Shown: positions 47,937 through 58,146, counted from the stretch's first letter. The stretch is 64,000 bases of DNA from Nitrosomonadales bacterium (GCA_016234685.1 JACRAT010000034.1:23689-87688); one strand, 5' to 3'. Notes: generated from the letters alone by a model not told the origin. Numbers and translations: made by a program.

Positions 47937-49979
47937 ATGAAGAGGAATCTGCCAGTCACACAGGTCGCCATCGACTATTCGGAAGGCGAGGTGTTCATCA
48001 CCCGCACCGATACCCGGGGCATCATCACTTACGCCAACGAATCTTTCGTCAAGATCAGCGGCTTCAGCAAGGATGAGTTGGTCGGCACGTCACACAACAT
48101 CGTGCGGCATCCCGACATGCCCGAGTGGGCCTTCAAGGATCTGTGGGATACGGTGAAGTCCGGCCTGCCCTGGCGCGGCATCGTGAAGAATCGCGCCAAG
48201 AACGGCAACCACTACTGGGTCAAGGCGACGGTCTCGCCCATCATTCAGGAAGGCGCGGTCATCGGCTACCTTTCCTTGCGCAAGAAACCCTCACGCCAAG
48301 AGATCGACGCAGCAGAAACCGCCTATCGCAGGCCGCCCGTCCACAAGCTCTCGCTGGGGCAGCGTTTCCGCAATCTGCCCTTGCAGTTCAAACTGCAATT
48401 GCTGATCCAGCCGTTCTTGCTGGTCGTGCTGGTTGCCGCCCAGATCGTCATGTCGCGGCAGATGGAACAGCAGATGCTCGATTCGGTGAAGATGCGCGCC
48501 ACCGGCATCGCTATGGAGGTGATCGACAGCGCGAATATGCTGATGATTACCGGCAATATCTCGAATGCCGATGATCGCAAGCTGCTGATCGAAAAGATCG
48601 CGGCCAGCGGTAACATCTCGAAGTTGCAGCTGGTGCGCAGCAAACTGGTATCCGATCAATACGGCGCAGGCCTGCCGGAGGAGCAGCCTGGCGACCCGGC
48701 GGTGCAAGCCGTGATCGCTTCCAAGACCGCCAGCTACGGTGTCGAACAGATCGACGGCAAGCCGACCTTCCGCGCCATCACGCCCTACTTCGCCGTCAAG
48801 AATTTCCACGGCACGGACTGTCTGAGTTGCCACCTCGTCCCTGAAGGCAGCGTGAACGGCGCATCTGACCTGCACATCGACCTCAGCTCCGACTACGCCA
48901 CCTATAACCGCTTGCAACTGAGCCTGATCGCAGGGCAGATACTCATTCAGGTCGTACTGTTCTTCTTCATCGGCTGGGCGGTCAGCCGCTTCGTCGTCAG
49001 GCCGACTCAGCAGGTCGAAAAACACTTGCAGGCACTGGTGGCGGGCGATCTTTCCGCGCAGATGGACATCAGCGGGCGCGACGAGATGGGCCGCATCCTG
49101 TGCAATGTGCAATCCAGCAAGGTGTTGCTGGGCGCGATGATCGACCAGATCGCCACGACTTCAGAACGACTCAAGGATAAATCCAACACGCTGGCCAACG
49201 TGGTGATGCGCGTCGCCAGCAATTCCGAAGCGCAATCGACCAGCGCCATGCAGGCCGCCAGCGCGATGGAAGATGCCGCAGTCAGCGCCAACGAGATCTC
49301 CGACCACGCCAAGAAAGCCTCGGCATCGGCGCAAGCCTCGTTCTCCAATGCCGAAGGTGGCCGCAGCAAGATGCATGAAAGCGTCACCGCCTCCAGAAAT
49401 GTCGTCGAAGCGGTGCAAGGCTCTTCGCGCGCCATCGCCAAGCTGGAAGATGCCGTCAACAAGATCAACGGCATCACCGGCGTCATCCGCGAAGTCGCCG
49501 ATCAAACCAACCTGCTGGCATTGAACGCTGCCATCGAAGCCGCCCGAGCGGGTGAGCAAGGACGCGGCTTCGCCGTGGTCGCCGACGAAGTCCGCAAACT
49601 GGCCGAGAAGACTCAGCGCAGCACCGCCGATATCGCCAGCCGGGTGAAAGACATCACCCTCATCACTCAGGAGACGGTGAGTCAGATGGAGCTGGCCACA
49701 CAGGGCGTCGAATCGAATATGGAGCGGCTGGAATCCGGTGCGACCCTGCTGGAAGACATCGCCCTCAAGGCGCAAAAGACCATGGAGATGGCCCGCAACA
49801 TCGCCGACTCAGTGCATGGACAAGCCGCCGCCAGCAGCGAGATCGCCCACAACGTGCAACACATCTCCAGCATCACCCACGAGAACGCCGACGCCTCCAG
49901 AGAAGCCGCCATGGCCGCCCAGGACCTCGACTCCACTGCCTTCGAACTGAACAAACTGACTCAACAGTTCAAGATATAG
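47937..49979 (+). CDS. Aer-like PAS chemoreceptor with a periplasmic c-type heme (CxxCH) domain
   Basis: Aer PAS ([29 protein letters not shown]), TM, periplasmic domain with CLSCH, TM, HAMP, MCP signalling domain. Confidence 0.92.
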   Translation: MKRNLPVTQVAIDYSEGEVFITRTDTRGIITYANESFVKISGFSKDELVGTSHNIVRHPDMPEWAFKDLWDTVKSGLPWRGIVKNRAKNGNHYWVKATVSPIIQEGAVIGYLSLRKKPSRQEIDAAETAYRRPPVHKLSLGQRFRNLPLQFKLQLLIQPFLLVVLVAAQIVMSRQMEQQMLDSVKMRATGIAMEVIDSANMLMITGNISNADDRKLLIEKIAASGNISKLQLVRSKLVSDQYGAGLPEEQPGDPAVQAVIASKTASYGVEQIDGKPTFRAITPYFAVKNFHGTDCLSCHLVPEGSVNGASDLHIDLSSDYATYNRLQLSLIAGQILIQVVLFFFIGWAVSRFVVRPTQQVEKHLQALVAGDLSAQMDISGRDEMGRILCNVQSSKVLLGAMIDQIATTSERLKDKSNTLANVVMRVASNSEAQSTSAMQAASAMEDAAVSANEISDHAKKASASAQASFSNAEGGRSKMHESVTASRNVVEAVQGSSRAIAKLEDAVNKINGITGVIREVADQTNLLALNAAIEAARAGEQGRGFAVVADEVRKLAEKTQRSTADIASRVKDITLITQETVSQMELATQGVESNMERLESGATLLEDIALKAQKTMEMARNIADSVHGQAAASSEIAHNVQHISSITHENADASREAAMAAQDLDSTAFELNKLTQQFKI

Positions 49980-49993
49980 CGTCGGACAGGCAG

Positions 49994-50013
49994 GGGGAGT
50001 TGCACGACTCCCC
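49994..50013. terminator. Hairpin between convergent MCP and nitroreductase genes
   Basis: ggggagt-tgcacg-actcccc; weak T-tail. Confidence 0.45.
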
Positions 50014-50016
50014 TTG

Positions 50017-50757
50017 TCACTTGTCGTTCAACAGTCCCTGCATCGCTGCGACCGGCTTCACCTGCGGGAAGTAGACGCTGTGCAGTCGGGCAGCCAAGGC
50101 TTCCGACCAAGGCAAGCCTTGGCTGCGGGTGACTTCCCGCCAGTGGTGCTTGAGCGTCTCGTCGTAGACGTCGATGGCGGCGGAGTAGCCGGAGGCGTCG
50201 TAGCGTTCGTCGTGGCGGAAAGTCCGGCTGTCCAAACGCGGCTTCTGCGGCGCATCGTGAGCGATGTGACCCAAGCAGAGGCCGACCAGCGGGAAGGTCA
50301 GCGGCGGCAGGCCGAGCAGATCTATCATGCCTTGCGGATCGCGCCGGATGCCGCCGATGGGTACGACGCCCAGCCCGAGCGACTGGGCGGCCAGCATCAG
50401 GTTGGCGAGGACGATGCCCGCATCCACGGCGGCGACACCGAAACCTTCCATGCTTTCCTGAATGAGCTGGGCTAGGCCCGCCTTGCGCACGCCGAGGTCG
50501 GTCTTGTGGAAGTCGATGACGACGGTGATGAACACCGACGCTTGGGCGATCCACGGCTGGCTGCCCGCCATCTCGGCGATGCGGGCGCGACGTCCGGCGT
50601 CGCGCACCACCACCAGCGAGATCTCCTGCATGTTCATCGAAGTCGGCGCGCGCTGGGCGGCGGCGATGATGGCGTCCAGCATCGCATCGCTCACCGGCTC
50701 GTCGGTGTAGCTGCGGATGCTGCGGTGGGCCTGTTGCAGTTTCAGGGTTGCGTTCAT
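50017..50757 (-). CDS. NfsA/FRP-family NADPH-dependent nitroreductase/flavin reductase
   Basis: HRSIRSY, APTS.N.Q, AAQSLGLG.V.IGG.R, KPRL. Confidence 0.92.
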   Translation of the reverse strand: MNATLKLQQAHRSIRSYTDEPVSDAMLDAIIAAAQRAPTSMNMQEISLVVVRDAGRRARIAEMAGSQPWIAQASVFITVVIDFHKTDLGVRKAGLAQLIQESMEGFGVAAVDAGIVLANLMLAAQSLGLGVVPIGGIRRDPQGMIDLLGLPPLTFPLVGLCLGHIAHDAPQKPRLDSRTFRHDERYDASGYSAAIDVYDETLKHHWREVTRSQGLPWSEALAARLHSVYFPQVKPVAAMQGLLNDK

Positions 50758-51692
50758 GGAGCGAGTTCCTTTCCTTTCTTGAGTGCTTCCGCGATGGCGG
50801 CGCGGGTGAGCTGGGGGGCGAACAGTTCGATGAAGTGATAGGTGTAGCCGCGCAGGAACTCGTTGCGGCGCAAGGCGATGCGGGTCACATTGGGCTTGAA
50901 CAGGCCGGAGGTATCCAGCTTGCGCAGCAGCAGGTCGCGTTCGGCGACGAAGGCCATCTCGGCGACGATGCCGATGCCCAGACCGAGCTCGACGTAGGTC
51001 TTGATGACGTCGGCGTCGATGGCGGTGAGCACCACATTGGGCGTGATGCCTGCCGCCTCGAAAGTCTGGTTGATCTTGCTGCGTCCGCTGAAGGCGAAGT
51101 CGTAGGTGATGATGGGGTAATCGGCGAGCTTGTCCAGCGTCAGCTCCGGCTCATCCAGCAGCGGATGCCCGGCAGGCACGATCACGCAATGCTTCCATTC
51201 GTAGCACGGCAGAGTGACCAGTTCGTCGTACATCGCCAGCGCTTCGGTGGCGATGGCGATGTCGGCTTCACCGTTGAGCGCCTGCTCGGCGATCTGGGTC
51301 GGGTTGCCCTGATGCAGGTTGAGTTTGACTCCGGGATAACGCTGGATGAACTGTTTCACCACCGGCGGCAGGGCGTAACGCGCCTGAGTGTGGGTGGTGG
51401 CGATGGTCAGCGAACCGGTGTCCTGCGAGCGGAACTCCTGCCCCACCTGACGCAGATTGTCCGCCTCCTGCAACATGCGCTGGGCGATGCCCAAGATCAG
51501 CTTGCCCGGCTCGGTGATGCTGGTGATGCGCTTACCGTTGCGCACGAAGATCTCGATGCCCAACTCCTCTTCCAGTAATTTAATCTGCTTGCTGATGCCC
51601 GGCTGGGAAGTATAGAGCGCGTCTGCCGCTTGCGAGATGTTCAGATCGCGCCGAGCGATCTCTTGCAGATAGCGCAGTTGTTGCAGGTTCAT
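50754..51692 (-). CDS. cysB: CysB/Cbl LysR-type regulator
   Basis: MNLQQLRY, LYTSQPGISKQI, IATTHTQARYALP, DADVIKTYV.LGLG. Confidence 0.92.
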   Translation of the reverse strand: MNLQQLRYLQEIARRDLNISQAADALYTSQPGISKQIKLLEEELGIEIFVRNGKRITSITEPGKLILGIAQRMLQEADNLRQVGQEFRSQDTGSLTIATTHTQARYALPPVVKQFIQRYPGVKLNLHQGNPTQIAEQALNGEADIAIATEALAMYDELVTLPCYEWKHCVIVPAGHPLLDEPELTLDKLADYPIITYDFAFSGRSKINQTFEAAGITPNVVLTAIDADVIKTYVELGLGIGIVAEMAFVAERDLLLRKLDTSGLFKPNVTRIALRRNEFLRGYTYHFIELFAPQLTRAAIAEALKKGKELAP

Positions 51693-51798
51693 ATTGGCCT
51701 CCTTAATAACCAAATCACATTAAGTAATAATATATCAGTCTTTGTAGATAATATAAACGCGACTACCATGCGCGCCATTCCCCACTCGAACATGCGTC

Positions 51799-52584
51799 AT
51801 GGACTGGATCTACACACTCTCAGGCTTCTGCGTCGGACTCATCGTCGGCATCACCGGCGTGGGCGGCGGTTCGCTGATGACGCCTTTGCTGGTGCTGTTG
51901 TTCGGCATCTCTCCGGCCACCGCCGTAGGGACTGACCTGCTCTACGCCGCACTCACCAAAATGGGCGGCAGCTGGGTACATAACAAAAAAGGTTCGGTCG
52001 ACTGGCAGATCGTCAAGCGACTAGCACTGGGCAGCTTGCCTGCGGCACTGCTCAGCCTGTGGGTGCTGCACACCTTACAGCCGGATGAAAAGCAGATGAA
52101 AGCACTCATCACCTCGGTGCTGAGCATCGCCCTGATTCTCACCGCGCTGTCGCTGTATTTCAAACCTTGGCTGCAACAACTGGGCCGCAGCAGGGATGGC
52201 GCGATCTTTGAGCTGCACGCCCACCATCTGACCGGCGCGACGATCTTCACCGGCGCGGTGCTGGGCACGCTGGTGACCATCTCCTCGGTGGGCGCAGGCG
52301 CACTGGGCATGGTGGTGCTGCTGTTCCTCTACCCACGCCACGCCACCGTCAAACTGGTGGGCACCGACATCGCCCATGCCGTGCCGCTGACGCTGGTGGC
52401 CGGACTCGGACACGCCGCCATCGGCACGGTGGACTTCGGTCTGCTGGGCGCATTGCTGGTCGGCTCGTTGCCCGGCATCTGGCTCGGCAGCCACCTCAGC
52501 GCACGCATCCCGGAAAAGGTGTTGCGCACCGTGCTGGCAACCATGCTGTTCATCATCGGACTCAAACTGCTGTTCTTCAAATAA
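51799..52584 (+). CDS. TauE/SafE (TSUP) sulfur-compound transporter
   Basis: G..VG.TGVGGGSLMTP, AVGTDL, SVGAGA, VGTDIAHAVPL. Confidence 0.92.
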   Translation: MDWIYTLSGFCVGLIVGITGVGGGSLMTPLLVLLFGISPATAVGTDLLYAALTKMGGSWVHNKKGSVDWQIVKRLALGSLPAALLSLWVLHTLQPDEKQMKALITSVLSIALILTALSLYFKPWLQQLGRSRDGAIFELHAHHLTGATIFTGAVLGTLVTISSVGAGALGMVVLLFLYPRHATVKLVGTDIAHAVPLTLVAGLGHAAIGTVDFGLLGALLVGSLPGIWLGSHLSARIPEKVLRTVLATMLFIIGLKLLFFK

Positions 52585-52606
52585 CCCACTGGCCAAGGAA
52601 ACCGCC

Positions 52607-54637
52607 ATGAGCATCAACACCGACAATCTGTCTGATCTGGAAGAGATCGAGCGCTTCGAGCAAGCGATCAAGACCTTTGCGCAGGGCGGCATCGACCCTG
52701 ACCGTTTCACCGCCATCCGCCTGCATCAGGGCGTGTACGGCCAGCGCCAGCAAGGCGTGAACATGCTGCGCGTGAAAGTGCCGGGCGGACGTTTGACGGC
52801 TGACCAGTTGGCGGCCGTGGCCGACATCACTGCGACTTACTCGCAGCACGACATCGCCCACATCACCACCCGTCAAGCGATCCAGATCCACTACATCCCG
52901 CTGGCCGACATGCCCGCAGCGATGCGTCGCCTCGCCCCGACCGGGCTGACCACCCGCGAAGCCTGCGGCAACACCGTGCGCAACATGACCGCCTGCGGAC
53001 TGGCGGGCGTGTGCCCGAAAGAGCACGTGGACATCGCCGCCCATCTGGATGGCGCCACGGCGCACTTCCTGCGCAACCCGCTCAACCAGCAGATGCCGCG
53101 CAAGTTCAAGATGAGCTTTTCCGGCTGCGAGGCCGATTGCGCCCAATCGCTGCTGCACGACGCCGGCGTGATCGCCACCCGCCGCAACGGCCAGCCCGGC
53201 TTCAAGGTCAAAGCGGGCGGCGGCCTCGGCCACAAGCCGCGTGCGGCCATTCTGGTGGACGAGTTCGTGCCGGAAGCTGAGTTGCTGTTCGCGCTGGAAG
53301 CGCTCGTCACCCTGCACAACAAATACTCGAACCGCACGCTGCGCGCCAAATCGCGCATCAAGTTTCTGGTCGAGAAGTTCGGCGAGGAAGGCTTCCGCGA
53401 GAAATATCGCGAAGAGTTCGCCCGCACCAGACAGGCACTGGCCGGTCAGCCATACCCGCAAGGTGAGTGGCGCACTCCCTCGGCAGGCGAGATACCGGGA
53501 CAAGGCGCTCCGCGCAAGCTGTTCGCACAACGCCAGCCCGGCTTGTTCGTGCTGCCGCTGGCACTGCCGTTGGGCGAGATCACGCACCAGCAACTGCACG
53601 GTCTGGCCGCTGCACTGCGCACCCACGGGCTGGACGAGGTTCACACCACACAGGATCAGAACCTCGCCATCCTCAACGTGCCGCAACACCGGGCGGATGC
53701 GCTGCGTGCCACGCTGGCGCAAGTGGGGCTGGCCGAACCACAGACCGGCGACAACGTGGTTGCCTGTCCCGGCACATCCACCTGCCGTCTGGGGGTGACT
53801 TCCAGCACGCTGGTTGCCCCCAAGCTGTCGGGCGGCATCAAGGACTTGCGTATCCGGGTATCCGGCTGCCACAACGGCTGCGCCCAGCCCGAGACCGGCG
53901 ACATCGGCGTCTACGGCGAAGCCAAGCGTCTGCACGGGCGGCTGGTACCGCACTACCAGATGTATTTCGGCGGCTGCGGCATGAACGGCGGCGGGCTGGC
54001 ACTGAAAGGCCCGGCAGTCCCAGCGGCGCGCGTCGAGCAGGCCATCGAACGGGTGCGACTGGCCCACATCGCCAGTGGCGACGCCAGCTTTTACGACTGG
54101 ACGCGGGCACAGGAGGCGGACTACTTCAAGACTCTGCTGTCCGACGTGATCGAGGTCAAGGCGGAAGATGCCGCCTCGGTGATGCGCGACCACGGCGACG
54201 AAGCCGATTTCCGGGTGCTGAATCTGGGCGGCGGCGAATGCGCGGGGGCATCGCAAGTGCTGATCGGCGCGAACTTCTTCGAAGCCGCGCACGAACGCCA
54301 CTACCGCAACGCGCTGGTGTTCCAGCGCAAGTACGCCGAAGCGGCACAGTGCAACGAAGCCATCCTGCGTCTGCTGGGCGGCGGACTGGCGCAGTTGCTG
54401 GGCGGCGTACGACTGGACAAGCTGGATCTACTGGCTGAACAACTGCGCGACCTCGTCCCCGGCGAATTGTCGGACGAGTTCACCGCACTGGCCGCCAGCT
54501 TCGCCAGCGCAAACAAACACGAGGAAAGCGACATCGCAGCGCAGAACCGGGCGGTGGACGGCTGGACGCGCCAAGTGGGCAGCTATGCCACCGAGCACGA
54601 CGCCCAGCTCGACCTGAGCGAAGCGCTGCCCGCATAA
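52607..54637 (+). CDS. Siroheme sulfite/nitrite reductase (CysI/Sir-type) with C-terminal extension
   Basis: G.YGQRQ, MLRVK.PGG, ITTRQ.IQ, siroheme/4Fe-4S motifs ACPGTSTC and SGCHNGCAQ; cys operon context. Confidence 0.9.
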   Translation: MSINTDNLSDLEEIERFEQAIKTFAQGGIDPDRFTAIRLHQGVYGQRQQGVNMLRVKVPGGRLTADQLAAVADITATYSQHDIAHITTRQAIQIHYIPLADMPAAMRRLAPTGLTTREACGNTVRNMTACGLAGVCPKEHVDIAAHLDGATAHFLRNPLNQQMPRKFKMSFSGCEADCAQSLLHDAGVIATRRNGQPGFKVKAGGGLGHKPRAAILVDEFVPEAELLFALEALVTLHNKYSNRTLRAKSRIKFLVEKFGEEGFREKYREEFARTRQALAGQPYPQGEWRTPSAGEIPGQGAPRKLFAQRQPGLFVLPLALPLGEITHQQLHGLAAALRTHGLDEVHTTQDQNLAILNVPQHRADALRATLAQVGLAEPQTGDNVVACPGTSTCRLGVTSSTLVAPKLSGGIKDLRIRVSGCHNGCAQPETGDIGVYGEAKRLHGRLVPHYQMYFGGCGMNGGGLALKGPAVPAARVEQAIERVRLAHIASGDASFYDWTRAQEADYFKTLLSDVIEVKAEDAASVMRDHGDEADFRVLNLGGGECAGASQVLIGANFFEAAHERHYRNALVFQRKYAEAAQCNEAILRLLGGGLAQLLGGVRLDKLDLLAEQLRDLVPGELSDEFTALAASFASANKHEESDIAAQNRAVDGWTRQVGSYATEHDAQLDLSEALPA

Positions 54638-54648
54638 GGAGAGAACAG

Positions 54649-55350
54649 ATGAGTCAATTGCAACGAAAAGTACAAGCCACCCTCGCCATTCTGGCGCAGG
54701 CCGTGCGCGACTACGCGCCCGTCACCTTCGCCAACAGTCTGGGCGCGGAAGACATGGTGCTGACCGATCTGATCGCCAGACATCAGCCCGACATCATCGC
54801 CTTCAGCTTGGACACCGGGCGTCTGCCGCAACAGACCTACGATCTGATGCAGCAAGTACGCTCGCGCTACGAACTGCCGCTGCACGTCTACTACCCCGAC
54901 GCCGCGCGGCTCGAAAGTTACGTCGCGCAGCATGGCGTGAATGGTTTCTACGACAGCGTGGAGAATCGCAAGGGCTGTTGTCTGGTACGCAAGGTCGAGC
55001 CGCTGCGCCGCGCACTGGCAGGCAAAGGCGCGTGGATCACCGGGATGCGCCGCGATCAGGCCGTGACGCGCGGCACGTTGGAAACCTCCAGCTTCGACGC
55101 TGACAACGGCCTGCAAAAGCTCAACCCGCTGCTGGACTGGAGCGACGCCGAGGTGTGGGAATACCTCAAGGCCAACGACGTGCCCTACAACGCGCTGCAC
55201 GACCAGTTCTACCCCAGCATCGGCTGTGCACCGTGTACTCGGGCGATCACACCGGGAGAAGACATCCGCGCAGGGAGATGGTGGTGGGAAAACCCGGAAA
55301 ACAAGGAATGTGGCTTGCATGTGGTAAGCCGCATTCCGGTGCGGGCCTAG
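54649..55350 (+). CDS. cysH: APS/PAPS reductase (Fe-S APS reductase type)
   Basis: LDTGRL, CC..RKVEPL, SIGCAPCTR, R.GRW, KECGLH. Confidence 0.95.
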   Translation: MSQLQRKVQATLAILAQAVRDYAPVTFANSLGAEDMVLTDLIARHQPDIIAFSLDTGRLPQQTYDLMQQVRSRYELPLHVYYPDAARLESYVAQHGVNGFYDSVENRKGCCLVRKVEPLRRALAGKGAWITGMRRDQAVTRGTLETSSFDADNGLQKLNPLLDWSDAEVWEYLKANDVPYNALHDQFYPSIGCAPCTRAITPGEDIRAGRWWWENPENKECGLHVVSRIPVRA

Positions 55351-55638
55351 CCCACATGTTTTCCGGGTTTCGGCGAAGACTTATGCCGTGCGTAGCGCGG
55401 CGTTAGTCAAAGCCAAAATCCAGAGAACAAGGAATGTGGCCTGCATGTGGTAAGCCGCATTCCGGTGCGGGCCTAGCCCACATGTTTTCGGGGTTTCGGC
55501 GGAGGGTAATGTCTGCCGCAATGCGGCTGACATTAGCCGAAGCCAAAACTTAAAAACCGAGAAACGCGACGCACTTTGTTTCCAAGTTTCGGCGAAGACT
55601 TATGCCGTGCGTAGCGCGGCGTTAGTCAAAGCCAAAAC
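55291..55638. repeat. Duplicated cysH 3' end interleaved with three 52-57 nt hairpin repeats
   Basis: 85-bp direct repeat 55291-55375 / 55417-55501; identical 52-bp units at 55367-55418 and 55586-55637; a variant with the same termini at 55493-55549. Confidence 0.9.
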
Positions 55639-55654
55639 TTAAAAAGCGGGATAA

Positions 55655-55734
55655 GTAGGATGGGTTGAGCACAGCGATACCCATCATTTGAAACGATGGT
55701 TTTGTTGGGTGTCGCTGTGCTCCACCCAATCTAC
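55655..55734. repeat. GTAG-type REP doublet (REPIN-like)
   Basis: gtaggatgggttgagcacagcgatacccatca ... tgttgggtgtcgctgtgctccacccaatctac, an imperfect inverted pair. Confidence 0.85.
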
Positions 55735-55771
55735 GGTTGCAACCAAACTGTTTGAGAATGGAAAGAAAATT

Positions 55772-56677
55772 ATGAGCAAACACACTTTCACCCATCTGGA
55801 CGCGCTGGAAAGCGAATCCATCCACATCATGCGCGAGGTCGCGGCGGAATGTAAGAATCCGGCGCTGCTGTTCTCCGGCGGCAAGGATTCCATCGTGATG
55901 TTGCGCCTCGCGGAAAAGGCGTTCCGCCCGGCGAAGTTCCCGTTCCCGCTGGTGCACATCGACACCGAGCACAATTTCCCCGAGGTGATCGCCTGCCGCG
56001 ACAAACTGGCAGCGGACTTGGGAGAGCGCCTGATCGTGCGTTCGCTGGAGGATTCCATCAAGCGCGGCACCATCGTCATCAAAGACGAGAGCAAGCCGCG
56101 CAACCCCTTCCAGTCGGTGACGCTGCTGGAGACTATCGCCGAGTTCGGTTTCGATGCCTGCATGGGCGGCGCACGCCGCGATGAAGAAAAGGCGCGTGCC
56201 AAGGAACGCATCTTCTCCTTCCGCGACGAGTTCGGCCAATGGGATCCGAAGAACCAGCGCCCGGAACTGTGGGACACCTACAACACTCGCGTCCACGCTG
56301 GCGAGAACATCCGCGTGTTCCCGATCAGCAACTGGACCGAGATGGACATCTGGCAGTACATCGGGCGAGAGAAGCTGTACATCCCGCCGATCTACTACGC
56401 GCACGAACGCGAAGTGATCCGTCGCGGCGGGAATGTCATTCCGGTGTCGCATCTGGTGCAGCCCAAGCCGGGCGAAAAAGTGGAAGTCGCCACCGTGCGC
56501 TTCCGCACCGTGGGCGACATGACCTGTACCGCGCCGGTGGAATCGACCGCCCGCACGGTGGATGAGATCATCGAAGAGACCGCGACCACACGCATCACCG
56601 AACGCGGCGCAACCCGCATGGACGACCAGACTTCGGATGCGTCGATGGAGCTGCGTAAAAAAGAAGGCTATTTCTAG
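55772..56677 (+). CDS. cysD: Sulfate adenylyltransferase subunit 2
   Basis: LESESIHI.REV, FSGGKDS, GGARRDEEKARAKER, WDPKNQRPELW, SME.RKKEGYF. Confidence 0.97.
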   Translation: MSKHTFTHLDALESESIHIMREVAAECKNPALLFSGGKDSIVMLRLAEKAFRPAKFPFPLVHIDTEHNFPEVIACRDKLAADLGERLIVRSLEDSIKRGTIVIKDESKPRNPFQSVTLLETIAEFGFDACMGGARRDEEKARAKERIFSFRDEFGQWDPKNQRPELWDTYNTRVHAGENIRVFPISNWTEMDIWQYIGREKLYIPPIYYAHEREVIRRGGNVIPVSHLVQPKPGEKVEVATVRFRTVGDMTCTAPVESTARTVDEIIEETATTRITERGATRMDDQTSDASMELRKKEGYF

Positions 56678-56679
56678 AT

Positions 56680-56793
56680 TGTCATTCCGGCGCAGGCCGG
56701 AATCCAGTCTGAAAATAAATTCCCGCGCGGCGGGACAACACCCAAAGGCATATTGAATAAAACCGCTGGATTCCGGCCTACGCCGGAATGACG
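56680..56793. repeat. CGTC/TGTC-type palindromic repeat pair
   Basis: tgtcattccggcgcaggccggaatccag ... ctggattccggcctacgccggaatgacg inverted pair around an AT-rich spacer. Confidence 0.85.
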
Positions 56794-56820
56794 AAGCCGG
56801 AAAAATTTGAGGGTTTAATT

Positions 56821-58074
56821 ATGAGCGACACAACACAGTTACTAAGATTCATCACCGCCGGCTCGGTCGACGACGGCAAGAGCACCCTGATCGGCCGCTT
56901 GCTGCACGACTCGAAGTCCATCTTCGAAGACCAGTATTCCGCCATCTCCAAGACCAGCGAGAAGCGCGGCAGGGCCGCTGTCGATCTCTCCTTGCTCACC
57001 GACGGTCTGCAAGCCGAACGTGAGCAAGGCATCACCATCGACGTGGCGTACCGCTATTTCGCCACGCCCAAGCGCAAGTTCATCATCGGCGATACGCCGG
57101 GGCATGAGCAATACACGCGCAACATGGTGACGGCAGCCTCCACCGCCAACCTCGCCATCATCCTGATCGACGCGCGCCGTGGCGTGCTGACGCAGACGCG
57201 CCGCCACACCTTCCTCGCCAGCTTGGTCGGCGTGCCGCACATCGTGGTGGCGGTGAACAAGATGGACATGGTGGATTATTCGCAAGCGCGCTTCGACGAG
57301 ATCGTCGCCGAATACACGGCCTTCGCCGCCCAGCTCAACTTGCACGACGTGACTTTCATCCCGCTGTCCGCCCTCAACGGCGACATGGTGGTGGAGCGCG
57401 GCGACAGCCTCAACTGGTATACCGGCCCAGCGCTGCTGGAGTTGCTGGAGCAAGTCGAGATCGACCACGACGTGAACACCGACGACTTCCGCTTCCCGGT
57501 GCAATGGGTATGCCGCCCGCAGACCGAGGAATATCACGACTTCCGGGGTTTCATGGGGCGCATCGAAGCGGGTGAAGTCTCCGTCGGCGACGAGATCACC
57601 GTCCTACCCTCCGGCCACAGCACCACCGTCAAAGAGATCGTCACTTACGACGGCAAACTGCAAACCGCCTTCGCCCCGCAATCGGTGACGCTGACGCTTT
57701 CCGACGAGATCGACATCTCACGCGGCGACCTGTTCGTCAAGGCCAGCGCGCATCCGCCCAAGGTGGAAAAGGAGTTCGAGGCGACCTTGTGCTGGCTGTC
57801 TGAGACCCCGCTGGAAAAGCACCGCAAATATCTGGTGAAGCACACCACGCGCACCGCCAAATGCCTGTTCTCGCGCCTCGACTACCGCGTGGACGTGAAC
57901 ACGCTGGAACACCACGCCGTGGAAAAGCTCAACATGAACGACATCGCCCGCGTCGCCCTGAAGACCCAGCTCCCGCTGGTATTCGACAGCTACACCACCG
58001 ACCGCGCCACCGGCAGCTTCATCGTCATCGACGAAGCCACCAACAACACCGTCGCGGCGGGGATGATCGTTTGA
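56821..58074 (+). CDS. cysN: Sulfate adenylyltransferase subunit 1 (GTPase)
   Basis: [46 protein letters not shown]. Confidence 0.97.
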   Translation: MSDTTQLLRFITAGSVDDGKSTLIGRLLHDSKSIFEDQYSAISKTSEKRGRAAVDLSLLTDGLQAEREQGITIDVAYRYFATPKRKFIIGDTPGHEQYTRNMVTAASTANLAIILIDARRGVLTQTRRHTFLASLVGVPHIVVAVNKMDMVDYSQARFDEIVAEYTAFAAQLNLHDVTFIPLSALNGDMVVERGDSLNWYTGPALLELLEQVEIDHDVNTDDFRFPVQWVCRPQTEEYHDFRGFMGRIEAGEVSVGDEITVLPSGHSTTVKEIVTYDGKLQTAFAPQSVTLTLSDEIDISRGDLFVKASAHPPKVEKEFEATLCWLSETPLEKHRKYLVKHTTRTAKCLFSRLDYRVDVNTLEHHAVEKLNMNDIARVALKTQLPLVFDSYTTDRATGSFIVIDEATNNTVAAGMIV

Positions 58075-58103
58075 GCTAAACAGGGCCGTAACTCAGCCTC
58101 GAC

Positions 58104-58146
58104 AAAAGCGGCGCAGACACCCAGTGTCTGCGCCGCTTTTTTCTTT
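58104..58146 (+). terminator. Rho-independent terminator of the cys operon
   Basis: 17-bp stem aaaagcggcgcagacac / gtgtctgcgccgctttt followed by ttcttt. Confidence 0.9.

Noticed and set aside
52577-54301. 574-aa minus-strand ORF antisense to the sulfite reductase
   Set aside because: Same shadow-ORF effect; this also applies to the many other 100-470 aa antisense ORFs in the track.
55367-55637. Possible CRISPR array
   Set aside because: Only three units of 52-57 nt with a divergent middle unit, unequal spacers, and no cas genes or leader.
55688-55771. N-terminal extensions in the ORF track (cysD, and likewise cysN, yhdP, RND, ribB, cheB, cheD, GGDEF-EAL)
   Set aside because: The extensions run through repeats or neighbouring genes; downstream starts match family N-termini, RBSs or stop/start overlaps.
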